DNA of 64,000 nt, from the NCBI GenBank assembly GCA_038087875.1, contig CM075989.1:6076001-6140000 (forward strand), read 5' to 3'. The stretch is from Malacoraja senta. Its lineage: Eukaryota. The notes under the pieces were generated by a model. That model did no database searches. It was not told the origin of the DNA and saw only the letters and a program-made list of their open reading frames with translations. The stretch's first letter is position 1, and every line of letters begins with the position of its first letter. The translations under genes were made by a program, and so were the position numbers. Shown piece after piece: positions 38,390 through 50,400 of the stretch.

Positions 38390-38765
38390 TTTTTTTACAC
38401 TTTCACTATTTTCCCTCACTTTCTCTTCTTTCTTAATTTCAACCTTCTCTCTTTGTTAGTTTTTTTAAATGATGGAGTATATTAATTGTAATAAGATATA
38501 CGTGATGAGTACTAATGAGTACTTATTTTCTTTTGGTGCTCTTGAAATTGAATTCTGTCCTTGATTTGTGTACTGTGGTGTTTTTATATTTGGTTTATTC
38601 CGATTATGTGTTTTGTATTTTTTTGTGATTCTATGCATTGTAAGGTGTCCTTGGGTTTTAGAAAGGCGCCAGTAAATAAAATGATTATTATTATTATTAT
38701 TATAATGTAATTTGTTGTAATGGAATGTACTTCTAATAAATAAAATTTAAAAAATTAAAAATAAA
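38390..38765 (+). mobile_element. L1-like 3' UTR with A-rich tail, containing an L2-type tail (~38525-38703)
   Basis: 15-bp TSD aaacattgccccagt at 38375-38389 and 38766-38780 in a TTT/AAA context. aataaa plus A-rich end; nested gtaaggtgtccttggg...aaaggcgcc...(TTA)n. Confidence 0.7.
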
Positions 38766-38947
38766 AAACATTGCCCCAGTCACCTTAAAGTGATGCCCTC
38801 TAGTCTTTGATTTTGTCCACAATCATTTCCCATAGACCACCAACCACCATGGATCCACATTTACTTCATTACTTTAACGTCAAGAGTCAAGCGGATTTTC
38901 TTATCATATCTTCTTCTTATCGAGTCCACACACAAGATTGGAAGTTG

Positions 38948-39303
38948 GAACCTTCTTCAGACCGATGTGAGGGTGGAGGGGGGGGGGGGGGGGGTAGGGG
39001 GCTGGAAGAAGGAAGGAAGAGGAGGAGCCAGTGGGCTGAGGGAGAGCTGAGAGCGGTATGGACATTGACTTCTCTAATTTCAGGTAGTCCTTACTTTCTC
39101 CTCCCCTTCTCAGCTCTCCCTCAGCCCATTGGCTCATCCTCTTCCTTTCTTCTTCCCGCCCCCACCCTCACATCAGTCTGAAGAAGGGTTTCGGCCCGAA
39201 ACGTTGCCTATTTCCTTCGCTCCATAGATGCTGCCTCGCCCGCTGAGTTTCTCCAGCATTTTTGTCTACCTTCGATTTTCCAGCATCTGCAGTTCCTTCT
39301 TAA
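38948..39303 (+). mobile_element. Penelope-like 3' end with inverted 5' arm; hammerhead core at 39178-39205
   Basis: GMDIDFSNFR* remnant, pyrimidine tract and full pLTR unit. Left arm is an inverted copy. Imperfect TSD acaagatt(g/a)ga(a/t)gttg. Confidence 0.87.
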
Positions 39304-40142
39304 ACAAGATTAGATGTTGTTCAGCCAGAGCTGAACACACTTCTCGGCATCTACACACAATGGTGTCTGTCTTGTCCTTCTTGTGCTTCTTGTGCGTGGT
39401 GGTGGAAAGATTGGTGGAAACAGGGCCGCGACGTGAACGCTTCTTGTCATATGTCCCAGATGGAACAAAGAAGTCTATATTATACTCTACACTGATAAGG
39501 GGCAGGGTGAAATCCCATCACTGATCAGTGGCTGTGATCATTTTATCATTTTTATTTGGAACAAATCACAAAGTGCAGGAGGAATGTAATGGGTCAAGCA
39601 GCATCTGTAGAGGGAATGTACAGGCGATGTTTTAGGTCGAGACCCTTCTTCAGGCTGGTTTAATACCTTGGCTGAGTTATTTATCCAATCTTGGCATGTA
39701 ATCTCAACCTGAAGGTGCCCAGTTACAGAGTTTTTCCTACCTAACTTTGCCTTTGTCCTTTATACTTTTCTCAACGCTTTATTTTCACGCTGGAGGAAGG
39801 CCATGGGGTGTGAGCTGGAACGGACGCTAATGGGAGCAAGATGTGCCCTGCGCTTAATGGCTTTCTGTCGGACTATTTCCACTTCTTTGTTTGGATTTCT
39901 AGTCCAGATATAAAGAGAGAGACATTTATTTGGTTCCAGTAAACCGGCTGTGCACCTCCAAGCGGAAACTCAAGCCAGAATCTTGCCCTCTACTACATGC
40001 AGCCGTTCTTCTAAAGTCGTGTCGGATGCACAAAAGTGAGCATGTTGTGCCTTTAACACACACAGCACAGGGTAAACCACCTTATCCCCGGTCACCACCA
40101 CCATGTCTCGGGCACCAGTGGGTGAATCTTCAGGATTGTGTA

Positions 40143-40605
40143 AGGGTGGCACAGTGGCACAGCGGTAGAGTTGCTACAGCGCCAGAGACCCAGGTTCGAT
40201 CCCGACTATGGGTGCTGTCTGTGCGGAGTTTGTACATTCTCCCCGTGACCTGCGTGGCAGTGGCTGACATTGACAATCACCGTGCTCCACCTCTAACCAT
40301 TTAACTGTCACATCTCCAGGCAGTGATGGGCGGCACGGTGGCGCAGCAGTAGAGTTGCTACCTTACAGTGCGTACAGCGCCAGAGACCCGGTTCGATCCC
40401 GACTTCGGGTGCTATCTGTAGGAGTTTGTTCGTTCTCCCCGTGACCTGCGTGGGTTTTCGCCGAGCTCTTCGGTTTCCTCCCACATTCCAAAGACGTACA
40501 GGTTTGTAGGTTATTTGGCTTGGTATAAATGTAGATTGTCCCCTAGTGCGTGTAGAATAATGCGGGGATCGCTTGTCGGTGCAGACTCGGTGAGCCAAAC
40601 TAAAC
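40143..40605 (+). mobile_element. Two V-SINEs (partial 40143-40257; near-full 40327-40605)
   Basis: A/B boxes and V-domain. Confidence 0.88.
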
Positions 40606-40943
40606 CTGTTGAGAGGTTTTTTCACCTGAGTCAGTGAATAACTTACTGACCCACTTAAACCATGACTTTTCTCCGTTAATTCCGTGAGCTGTTTTCACAG
40701 TGAGTGGCCAGAGTGCTGGTGACAGTCAGACAACAACATTGAAATGCATTCACCAACAATTGGCCGAGGATAGAAAGATGAGAGCAGCGTTAAGTAGCTG
40801 TGCTAATAATTGGAAGGAAATGGTTTGCACAGTGCTATTCCCAAAGCATCAATTCTCTACCCTTGCTCTTTCTTGATTATAAACAGTCTGGGCAGTTGGG
40901 TTCACAGAGTGCTGTTCCAAACACGGAAGTATGGCAACAATAA

Positions 40944-41748
40944 AGGGCGGCACAGTGGCGCAGCGGGTAGAGCTGCTGCATCGCAGCACCACATACCGAG
41001 GTTCGATCCTGCCCTCGTCTGCTGTCTCTGTTGAGTTTGCACACTCCCCCCGTGACCGTGCATCCCAAAGATGTGCGGGTTTCAACGTTAAGTAGCCACT
41101 GTAAAATTGTTCCTCGTGTGTAAGAAACGGATGTGTAAATGGAATAATATAGACCTAGTATGAACAGGTGATCGATGGCCAGAGTGTAGCTGGTGGGCCA
41201 CAGGGCTAGTTTGAATGCTGAATCTCTGAAACTGAACTAAACTGAACTAAACTGAACTTAAAATAAAGAGGATAATAAAAGGCTGCGGCAGTGCATTGAT
41301 GGTTGAAATGGCTGGAAACATGGTACTTTACTTTCAACTTTAGAGATACAGAACGGAAACAGGCCCTTCAGCCCACCTAGTCCACGCAGTACAGCATTCA
41401 CCCATTGCATTAATTCTACCCTACACACACAAGGGACAATTTAAAATTTTTGCCGTAGCCATTTAACCTACAAACCCGAACGTCTTTACAATATGGGAGG
41501 AAATTGGATCAGCTGGAGAAAACTCACGCGTTCACAGGGAGAACATACAAACTCCATACAGAAAGCACCCGTAGTCAGGATCAAAGCCGGGTCTCTGTAC
41601 TGTGAGGTGGCAACTCTACCACTGCTCCACTGTGCCGCCCCTGGGAACAGGTGATCGATGGTCAGCGTGGACTTGGTAGGCTGAAGGACCTGTATCTTGA
41701 AACTAAACTGAACCAAACCAAGCCAAACCAAACTAAACTAAACTAAAG
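40944..41748. mobile_element. V-SINE cluster: plus 40944-41260, minus 41325-41641, plus tail 41644-41748
   Basis: Heads, V-domains and pentamer tails. Confidence 0.85.
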
Positions 41749-41884
41749 TATAAGTAAGGAGATTAGTTACAGACTGCAGGAGTACTTGGATGGTGGAAAT
41801 GGCTGGAGACATCGCAGGTGAAATTCAAGGCAGATTACCAAGATGGCATATTTCCGTAGATGAAAATACTTTTTCGATTCATTA

Positions 41885-42235
41885 ACCGGATGTGGACATC
41901 ACCAGCATGACCAGAATTTATTGCCCATCTCTAATCGTTTCTTGAGCGGCTTTGCAGGCAACCTCAGAGGCCTGTTAATGGACAACAGCGTTGCTTTGAG
42001 TCTGAGTTCAGTCATAAGCCACGCTGGGGAAGGATGGCTAATTAGTTTCGCTAAAGAACATTAATGAACCAGATGGATTTTTGTCAGCATCTGGACTTCC
42101 ATGGCCACGATTATATAATACTGATGTTTTGTTCCAACTATATTTCTTTATCTACATTTGAATTTGTAAGCCACCATGGTGACACAAACTCCTATCATCA
42201 GTTCCTCCAAATTATTAGCCCAGTGGATCACTGGC
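41885..42235 (-). mobile_element. Old chondrichthyan tRNA-type SINE (family unnamed); related 5' pieces at ~14470-14590 and ~27600-27710
   Basis: ggatgtggacatc...atttattgcccatctctaat...ctaaagaacattaatgaaccagatgg pattern, recognised from memory. Confidence 0.5.
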
Positions 42236-42771
42236 TCTTTATCATCATGTATGCGCAGCATGGTGAAATTATTTTTGCACAACCCACAAATGCACAGTCA
42301 CCATATTTTGCCACCGTTTTCAAAGAAAAAATCCAAAGTCCAAAGTTCGGTCCACACGTTGGAAGTACTGGAGCTACCCCCGATCCAGGTAAGCCCAGGT
42401 AAGCCCCAGGCTTACCTGCAGGCCCACGGCCCAACATCTCTCTCCTCGCCCCACCGCCGCTGTGTCCCGGGGGCGCTTCCTGCAGCCGACCTTGAGGCTA
42501 CACTCTCCTAAGGTACCCAATAATCCAACCAAAGTCTTTTGGCGGATGTAAAGAAGGCAACCATGTTTTGCGAACTTATTTATTCAGAAAATAGCTCCTT
42601 GGCTTACAGGTCTTCACAAACACGTCTGACCACAACGGGGGTGGGTCAGCAACACAACTGTGGCGCGAAAACAAAACCACGTGAAAACAGCTGCCCCTCC
42701 CGAGTCACGTGACCGCGGCTTCCGAACGCCGGGTTCGATACCTGCGTGCGCCAGTAGGCGCCGCTACAGTC

Positions 42772-43076
42772 TAACCATTTCCCGCTACACAGCACTGTGG
42801 CGCAGCGGTAGAATTGCTGCCTTACAGCGCCAGATACCCGGGTTCGATCCTGACTAGTGGTGCTGCCTGTATGGAGTTTGTACGTTCTCCCCGTGACCTG
42901 CGTGGGTTTTCTCCGAGATTTGATCCTGGGAGAAACCCGAAGATCTCGGAGAAAACCCACGCAGGTACAAACTCCATACAGGCAGCACCCGTAGTCAGGA
43001 TCGAACCCGGGTATCTGGCGCTGTAAGGCGGCAACTCTACCGCTGCGCCACTGTGCCGTGTAGCGGGAAATGGTTA
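42772..43076. repeat. Inverted duplication of a V-SINE 5' half plus its unique flank
   Basis: Arms begin taaccatttcccgctacac and end gtgtagcgggaaatggtta. Confidence 0.92.
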
Positions 43077-44139
43077 CATGCCCCTCTCACCATAAAACTT
43101 TGTCCTCTAGCATTTGATATTTCCATTCTGGGAAATAGGTTCTGCCTGTTCACTCTATCAATACCAATAACCATGCCTATCCTAATACATGCACGTTATC
43201 TAATGGGAGAATAACCCAGCTAATCTGAAGTTTTAACAGAAGACTAAATGAAATGGAATTGATGTTCAAGCCATTAACTGCACGTTCGGTGAGGAAGATG
43301 CCAAACAGGTTTTTGAAATCACAGAAGGAGTTACTGAGATGCAAGTTGGAACAAAGGATGAGGGACTTCAATATAACCGTCATTAGCCTGAAAAAAATGG
43401 CTTGAGATTAAAAAGAAACCTTTATTTCCTCACAGAATGGAAGGTTATTGATTTTGGGTCAATTGGTATTTTTAAAAAGGAACTGGATCAATATCCATTT
43501 AATAGCAGGTTGATGGCGATACAGTTATTTAATGCTGCTTGTTTTTATTCTGCGGAAGCTCAGGGGAGAGGTTTGGGTGTGAAGTACTGATAATAGCAGG
43601 TCAGGCAGCAACTGCAGAATGGACTATTGTTTCAGTTCAGATAAAAGATCATCAAAGTGAAACCTTCACTGTTTTTCATTCAACAGATGCTGCTTGACTC
43701 AGTGAGTATTTCCAGCTCTCTGTGTATTTACCCTGGGCTTAGGGGAAACTCAGGGTGTGAATTGGCACTTCACAGAGCAAGTCTGGCCTCTCCAGTGAGC
43801 AATCGGTGCAAATTTAGTAAATCCCTTCTATGTGTCTCAGTATTCATTCTCATTGCACTGTCCAGAATGGAATGCAGCATTTCACTTTAAAAAAAAGCAC
43901 AAAGTGCTGGAGTAGCTCAGCAGGTCAGGTGGCATATGTCTTTTTTTGCATCATCAGCAATTCCTTGTTTCTCCACAATATTTCACTGGAGGTCCAACAA
44001 GATTCAACATAAGACAGACAAAAAATGCTGGAGTAACTCAGCGGGTCGGGCAGCATCTCCAGAGATAAATAATACATTACGTTTCGGGTCAAGATCTTTC
44101 TTCAGACTTTTTGTGTCTATCTTCCGGTTAAATCAGCAT

Positions 44140-44352
44140 CAGGTGGTGGGTGTCAGCTGCCAGAGGAGGTAGTTGAGGCTGGGTCTATCCCAACGTTTAA
44201 GAAACAGTTAGCCAGGTACATGGACATGACAAGTTTGAAGGGATATGGGCCAAATGCAGGCAGGTGGGACTAGTGTAGCTGGGACATGTTGGACGGTGTG
44301 GGCAAGTTGGGCCAAAGGGCCTGTTTCCACACTGTATCACTCTATGACTCTA
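44140..44352 (+). mobile_element. CR1 3' end
   Basis: ctgccagaggaggtagttgaggc...ctctatgactcta. Confidence 0.85.
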
Positions 44353-44504
44353 TCTGCAGTTAATTCCTGCACAAGGTTCAACATAATGTACAGGGCACCC
44401 CAGGTTACAAATTATCTGACTTATGAAAATACATTTTAATGCATAGTCCCCTGTACATTTTCAAAGCAATTTTCCTGATAATAATAAATTGCTTCATGGT
44501 ATTC

Positions 44505-47500
44505 AGGGTGGCAGTGTGAACTGCGAGGAGGATGCTATGAGGCTGCAGGGTGACTTGGATAGGTTGGGTGAGTGGGCAGATGCATGGCAGATGCAGTATA
44601 ATGTGGATAAATGTGAGGTTATCCACTTTGGTGGCAAGAACAGGAAGGCAGATTATCATCTGAATGGTGTCAGATAAAGAAAAGGGGAGGTGCAACGAGA
44701 CCTGGGTGTACTTGTACATCAGTCACTGAAAGTAAGCATGCAGGTACAGCAGGCAGTGAAGAAAGCTAATGGCATGTTGGCCTTCATTGCAAGAGGATTT
44801 GAGTTTAGGAGCAAGGAGGTCCTACTGCAGTTGTACAGGACCCTGGTGAGACCGCACCTGGAGTATTGTGTGCAATTTGGGTCTCCTAATTTGAGGAAGG
44901 ACATTCTTGCTATTGAGGGAGTGCAGCGTAGGTTCACCAGGTTAATTCCCGGGATGGCGGGACTGACATATGATGAAATAATGGGTCGACTGGGCTTGTA
45001 TTCACTGGAATTTAGAAGGATGAGAGGGCATCTTATAAAAACATATAACATTCTTAAAGGATTGGACAGACTAGGTGCAGGAAAAATTTTCCCGATGTTG
45101 GGGGAGTCCAGAACCAGGGATCACAGTTTAAAAATAAGGGGTAGGCCATTTAGGACTGAGATGAGGAAAATCTTCTTCACCCAGAGAGTTGTGAATCTGT
45201 GAAATTCTCTGCCACAGAAGGCAGTGGAGGCCAATTCACTGGATGTTTTCAAGAGCGAGTTAGATTTAGCTCTGAAGGCTAAAGGAATCAAGGGGTTTCC
45301 CAGTCTATGTTTTTCCACACATAGACTGGGAAACACATTCTGTAAATGGGCTGGATGGGTTGGAGTTTGTAAAATGTGTGCAGGATAGTTTTTTGCAGCA
45401 ATACATAGAAGTACCTACTAGAGAAGGGGCGGTGCTGGACCTCCTGTTAGGAAATGAGACGGGTCAGGTGGCAGAGGTATGCGTTGGGGAACAGTTCGGG
45501 ACCAGTGATCACAATACCATTAGTTTCAATATAATTATGGAGAGGGTCAGAACTGGACCTAGGGTTGAGATTTTTGATTGGAGAAAGGCTAACTTTGAAG
45601 AGATGCGAAAGGATTTAAAAGGAGTAAATTGGGACACTTTGTTTTATGGGAAAGATGTGGAAGAGAAATGGAGGACATTTAAAGGTGAAATTTTAAGAGT
45701 ACAGAATCGTTATGTCCCTGTTCGGTTGAAAGGAAATAGTAAAAATTGGAAAGAGCCATGGTTTTCAAGGGAAATTGGACACTTAGTTCGGAAAAAGAGA
45801 GAGATCTACAATAATTATAGGCAGCATGGAGTAAATGAGGTGCTTGAGGAGTATAAAGAATGTAAAAAGAGTCTTAAGAAAGAAATTAGAAAAGCTAAAA
45901 GAAGATATGAGGTTGCTTTGGCAAGTAAGGTGAAAGTAAATCCAAAGGGTTTCTACAGCTATATTAATAGCAAAAGGAAAACGAGGGATAAAATTGGTCC
46001 ATTAGAGAGTCAGAGTGGACAGCTACCTGCAGAGCCAAAAGAGATGGGGGAGATATTGAACAATTTCTTTTCTTCGGTATTCACCAAGGAGAAGGATATT
46101 GAATTATGTGAGGTAAGGGAAACAAGCAGAGTAGCAATGGAAACAATGAGATTCAAAGAAGAGGAAGTACTGACACTGTTGAGAAATATAAAAGTGGATA
46201 AGTCTCCAGGTCCGGACAGGATATTCCCTAGGACATTGAGGGAAGTTAGTGTAGAAATAGCAGGGGCTATGACAGAAATATTTCAAATGTCATTAGAAAC
46301 GGCAATAGTGCCAGAGGATTGGCGTACTGCGCATGTTGTTCCATTGTTTAAAAAGGGGTCTAAGAGTAAACCTAGCAATTATAGACCTGTTAGTTTGACG
46401 TCAGTGGTGGGCAATTTTTTGAAGAGGTTACTCGGGAAATTGATGAGGGTAAAGCTGTGGATGTTGTATATATGGACTTCAGTAAGGCCTTTGACAAGGT
46501 TCCTCACGGAAGGTTGGTTAAGAAGGTTCAATGGTTGGGTATTAATGGTGGAGTAGCAAGATGGATTCAACAGTGGCTGAATGGGAGATGCCAGAGAGTA
46601 ATGGTGGATGGTTGTTTGTCAGGTTGGAGGCCAGTGACTAGTGGGGTGCCACAGGGATCTGTGTTGGGTCCACTGTTGTTTGTCATGTACATCAATGATC
46701 TGGATGATGGTGTGGTAAATTGGATTAGTAAGTATGCAGATGATACTAAGATAAGTGGGGCTGTGGATAATGAAGTAGATTTTCAAAGTCTACAGAGAGA
46801 TTTATGCCGGTTGGAAGAGTGGGCTGAAAGATGGCAGATGGAGTTTAATGCTGATAAGTGTGAGGTGCTACATCTTGGCAGGACAAATCAAAATAGGACG
46901 TACATGGTAAATGGTAGGGAATTGAAGAATGCAGGTGAACAGAGGGATCTTGGAATAACTGTGCACAGTTCCCTGAAAGTGGAATCTCATGTAGATAGGG
47001 TGGTAAAGAAAGCTTTTGGTGTGCTGGCTTTTATAAATCAGAGCATTGAGTATAGAAGTTGGGATGTAATGTTAAAATTGTACAAGGCATTGGTGAGGCC
47101 AATTCTGGAGTATGGTGTCCAATTTTGATCGCCTAATTATAGGAAGGATGTCAACAAAATAGAGAGAGTACAGAGGAGATTTACTAGAATGTTGCCTGAG
47201 TTTCAGCAACTAAGTTACAGAGAAAGGTTGAACAAGTTAGGGCTTTATTCTTTGGAGCACAGAAGGTTAAGGGGGGACTTGATAGAGGTCTTTAAAATGA
47301 TGAGAGGGATAGACAGAGTTGACGTGGATAAGCTTTTCCCACTGAGAGTAGGGAAGATTCAAACAAGGGGACATGACTTGATAATTAAGGGACAGAAGTT
47401 TAGGGGTAACATGAGGGGCAACTTCTTTACTCAGAGAGTGGTGGCTGTGTGGAATGAGCTTCCAGTGAAGGTGGTGGAGGCAGGTTCGTTTTTATCATTT

Positions 47501-47782
47501 AAAAATAAATTGGATAGTTATATGGACGGGAAAGGAATGGAGGGTTATGGTCTGAGTGCAGGTATATGGGACTAGGGGAGAATACGTGTTTGGCACGGAC
47601 TAGAAGGGTCGAGATGGCCTGTTTCCGTGCTGTAATTGTTATATGGTTATATTATATGGTTATATGGGGAGAAAGCAGAACGGGGTACTGATTTTAGATG
47701 ATCAGCCATGATCATACTGAATGGCGGTGCTGGCTCGAAGGGCTGAATGACCTACTCCTGCACCTATTTTTCTATGTTTTTC
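44505..47782 (+). pseudogene. CR1/HER1 LINE 3' fragment (outer element: 44505-45294 and ~47662-47782)
   Basis: ORFs 44489..44677 and 44690..45202 (LQGDLDRL..WA..WQMQYNVDKC; RDLGV; VRPHLEYCVQ). Its UTR is split by the inner LINE. Confidence 0.92.
45295..47665 (+). pseudogene. CR1 LINE ORF2, 5'-truncated in the APE endonuclease, with an RT deletion and a stop
   Basis: FPHIDW...LDLLL...SDH (EN), KSPGPD, NYRPVSLTS, DFSKAFDKV, GVPQGSVLGP, YADD. ORFs 45360..46556, 46457..47128, 47189..47575. (TATATGGT)n tail. Confidence 0.96.
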
Positions 47783-48199
47783 TGAAACAGGCCCTTTATT
47801 CCACTGAGTTCACGCCAACCACCGATCAGGCATTCGCACAAGTTCTATGTTATCCCACTTTCTCAACCACTCCCTATATACAAGGGGCAATAAACGGAGG
47901 CTGATTAACCGACAAACCCGCAAGTCTTTGGGATGTGGGAGGAAACCAAAGACAGGAGTGCATTGCATAGAATATCATAGAAAGTAGGGCATTGTTTAGA
48001 AATTAGAATGGAGGGTAAGACATTGTGCAGAGCTTAGCTCTCTGCATTACAAAGCACTTAGATGATAAGAAGGGATCAAATGCCCAACTTGTTCATTATA
48101 GTGTTTATACTCCATCTGTGGCATACATTCAATACACCCTATTATGGTGAGTATCATATCCATCCGATTATTTTACTGGATTTGCTTATTGGATTTAAC

Positions 48200-48798
48200 G
48201 GTTTAGGTTAGCTCAGGGATACAGCAGGGAAACAGGCCCTTCGGCCCACTGAGTCCACACCGACCTGCAATCCCCACACATTAACACCAGGGACAATTTT
48301 TATATTTACACCAAGCCAATTAACCTACAAACCTGTACTCCTTTGGAGTGTGGGAGGAAACCAAAATTCTCGGAGAAAACCTACGTAGGTCACGGGGAGA
48401 TACGTACAAACTCCATACAGGCAAGCACCCTAGCCAGGATTGAATCCGGGTCTCTGGCACTGTGAGCGCTATAAAGGGCCTGTCCCACTTACGCAACCTT
48501 TACAGGCGACTGCCGGCACCCGTCATAGGTCGCCAAACTGTTCAACGTTGAAAATTCAGCGGTGCCCAGAAAGACGCAACGACTTTCTGGAGACCTCCCA
48601 CGACCATAGGAGACCTCCCACGACCATAGGAGACCTCTCAAGACCATACAGTCTATGGTTGTGAGAGGTCTCCAGAGAGTCGTAGCGTCTTTCTGGTCAC
48701 CGCTGAATTTTCAACATGTTGGAAATTTCGGCGACCTATGACGTGCGCCGGCAGTCGCCTGTAAAGGTCACGTAAGTGGGACAGGCCCTTAAGGCAGC
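48200..48798 (-). mobile_element. V-SINE split by a Harbinger MITE
   Basis: ...gcgctataa [MITE] taaggcagc. Confidence 0.85.
48475..48789. mobile_element. PIF/Harbinger MITE
   Basis: TIR AGGGCCTGTCCCACTTACGYRACCTTTACAGGCGACTGCCGGC. TAA TSD at 48472-48474 and 48790-48792. Confidence 0.9.
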
Positions 48799-48934
48799 CC
48801 CTGGTTACTAAGTTTACTTTTATGCCCCTGAATCAGGTCTTATAGCCCAGGCAGTAACATCTTCACGTGACCTACCCTTCAAACCTGTTCATATTTCAGT
48901 ATGTCAGAACACACCTCAGCCAGCCCTTTCTAGA

Positions 48935-49190
48935 GTTTGAGTTTGAGTTTGACTTTGAGTTTAGTTTATTGTCACGTGTACTGAGGTACGGTGAAAAGCA
49001 TTTTGTTGCGTGCTAACCAGCCAGCGGAAAGACAAGGCATGAATACAATCGAGCCGTATACAGTGTGCAAATACACGATGAAGAGAATAACGTAAATAAC
49101 CTTCAGTGCAAGGTAATGCCAGGAAAGTCCGATCAACGATAGTCCGAGGGTCTCCAGTGAGGTAGATAGTAGCTCAGGACTGCTCTCGGT
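48935..49190 (-). mobile_element. Rex1-type 3' end; further pieces at ~51620-51850 and ~58840-59095
   Basis: (GAGTTT)n tail then ttattgtcacgtgtac...; same family as 2410-2678. Confidence 0.75.
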
Positions 49191-49214
49191 CCTGAGAAAC
49201 ATACAGTCAATGAT

Positions 49215-49307
49215 CAGTCTGAAGAAGGGTTTCGACCCGAAACGTTGCCTATTTCCTTCGCTCCATAGATGCTGCCTCACCCGCTGAGTTTCTCCAGCAT
49301 TTTTGTC
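49215..49307 (+). mobile_element. Penelope-derived monomer, hammerhead core at 49219-49246
   Basis: ctgaagaagggtttcgacccgaaacgtt. TSD tacagtcaat(g/a)at at 49202-49214 and 49308-49320. Confidence 0.88.
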
Positions 49308-49864
49308 TACAGTCAATAATATATTCTGTTGTTCCCTCTGTTCCCTTATTTCCCGACCACTTTCTTCCCCTATGGTGACATCAATCTACCTCCGTCATGG
49401 TCATTCGAATTTCACTCTACCTTAATTGGTGCAAGTGACAAGAAAGTGACCTTGAAACTGACCTTCATTCTGACAGGCTGCCTCTCGCCCACAAGCTTTC
49501 TCCTCAGTGTTTTAACAACGCAACAAGCTCCACTGGCTTGGTACCAGCCGGGCACAGGTTTCACAGCTTGCACACAGCGGTGACGCTCCATTTGATTTCA
49601 TTTCCCACGTGAGGCAGCAGAACACCTCGTCGCAACTCGTTCAGTGATCAATAAAGTACTGAACACAAATGAGATCTGTGTGTGTGTGTGTGTGAACAAC
49701 ACTGATTCCGAAATAGGCAATCAGAAAGCTAATCCCTCAGCCTTTACGTCAATCACAGACTTCCAACGGTTACACAGTGCCACAAATCCGCCATAAATCG
49801 TCACACTTTGCACTTGCACTCAAACCTCCTCTCTTCAATGTTTATTGTGGATTTATATGAACGA

Positions 49865-50038
49865 GAAGGTCGACACAAAATGCTGGAGTAACTCAGCGGG
49901 ACAGGCAGCATCTCTGGAGAGTAGGAACGGGTGACGTTTCGGGTCGAGACCCTTCTTCAGATCCGAAACGTCACCCATTCCTTCACTCCAGAGATGCTGC
50001 GTGTCCCGCTGAGTTGCTCCAGCATTTTGTGTCGGTCC
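49865..50038. mobile_element. Fold-back Penelope-derived unit; intact core at 49933-49960(-)
   Basis: Inverted arms meet at cttcttcaga|tccgaaacgtc. Confidence 0.85.
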
Positions 50039-50105
50039 TCATCTTGGATGCTGTATGTGTGGGGTTTGCACATTCTCCCTGTGACCGCGTGGGTTTCCTC
50101 TGGGT

Positions 50106-50400
50106 ACACACTGAAGCTCGGTGCAGCCAACGCCAAGGCTCTGTGGGGGAGGGCCACAGTCTAGGGTCCCTCGCTGCTGGATATTGGGGGGCAGGGTGTG
50201 GTGGAGACCCCCCTCAAACAAGGCAAGGGATATCACCCCACGGGGCTACATGAGTGGCAAGGGTGCTGGGTATAATAATGTTTTTGCGAACACTGCCAAA
50301 TATGACACTAATAGCCACTGAGAATGTTGGCCGAGTTTTTGCACAGTACTTGATTTGTATATGTTTATTATTCTGAACAAAGTTTATTTTGATTTTTTTT
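50106..50400 (+). mobile_element. Tx1/L1-clade LINE 3' end
   Basis: ORF end LKLGAANAKALWGRATV*, followed by an AT-rich UTR ending ...ctgaacaaagtttattttga. Confidence 0.6.

Noticed and set aside
45360..47575. Active autonomous LINE or domesticated RT gene
   Set aside because: 5'-truncated, with a frameshifting RT deletion near 46414 and a stop at 47126-47128.
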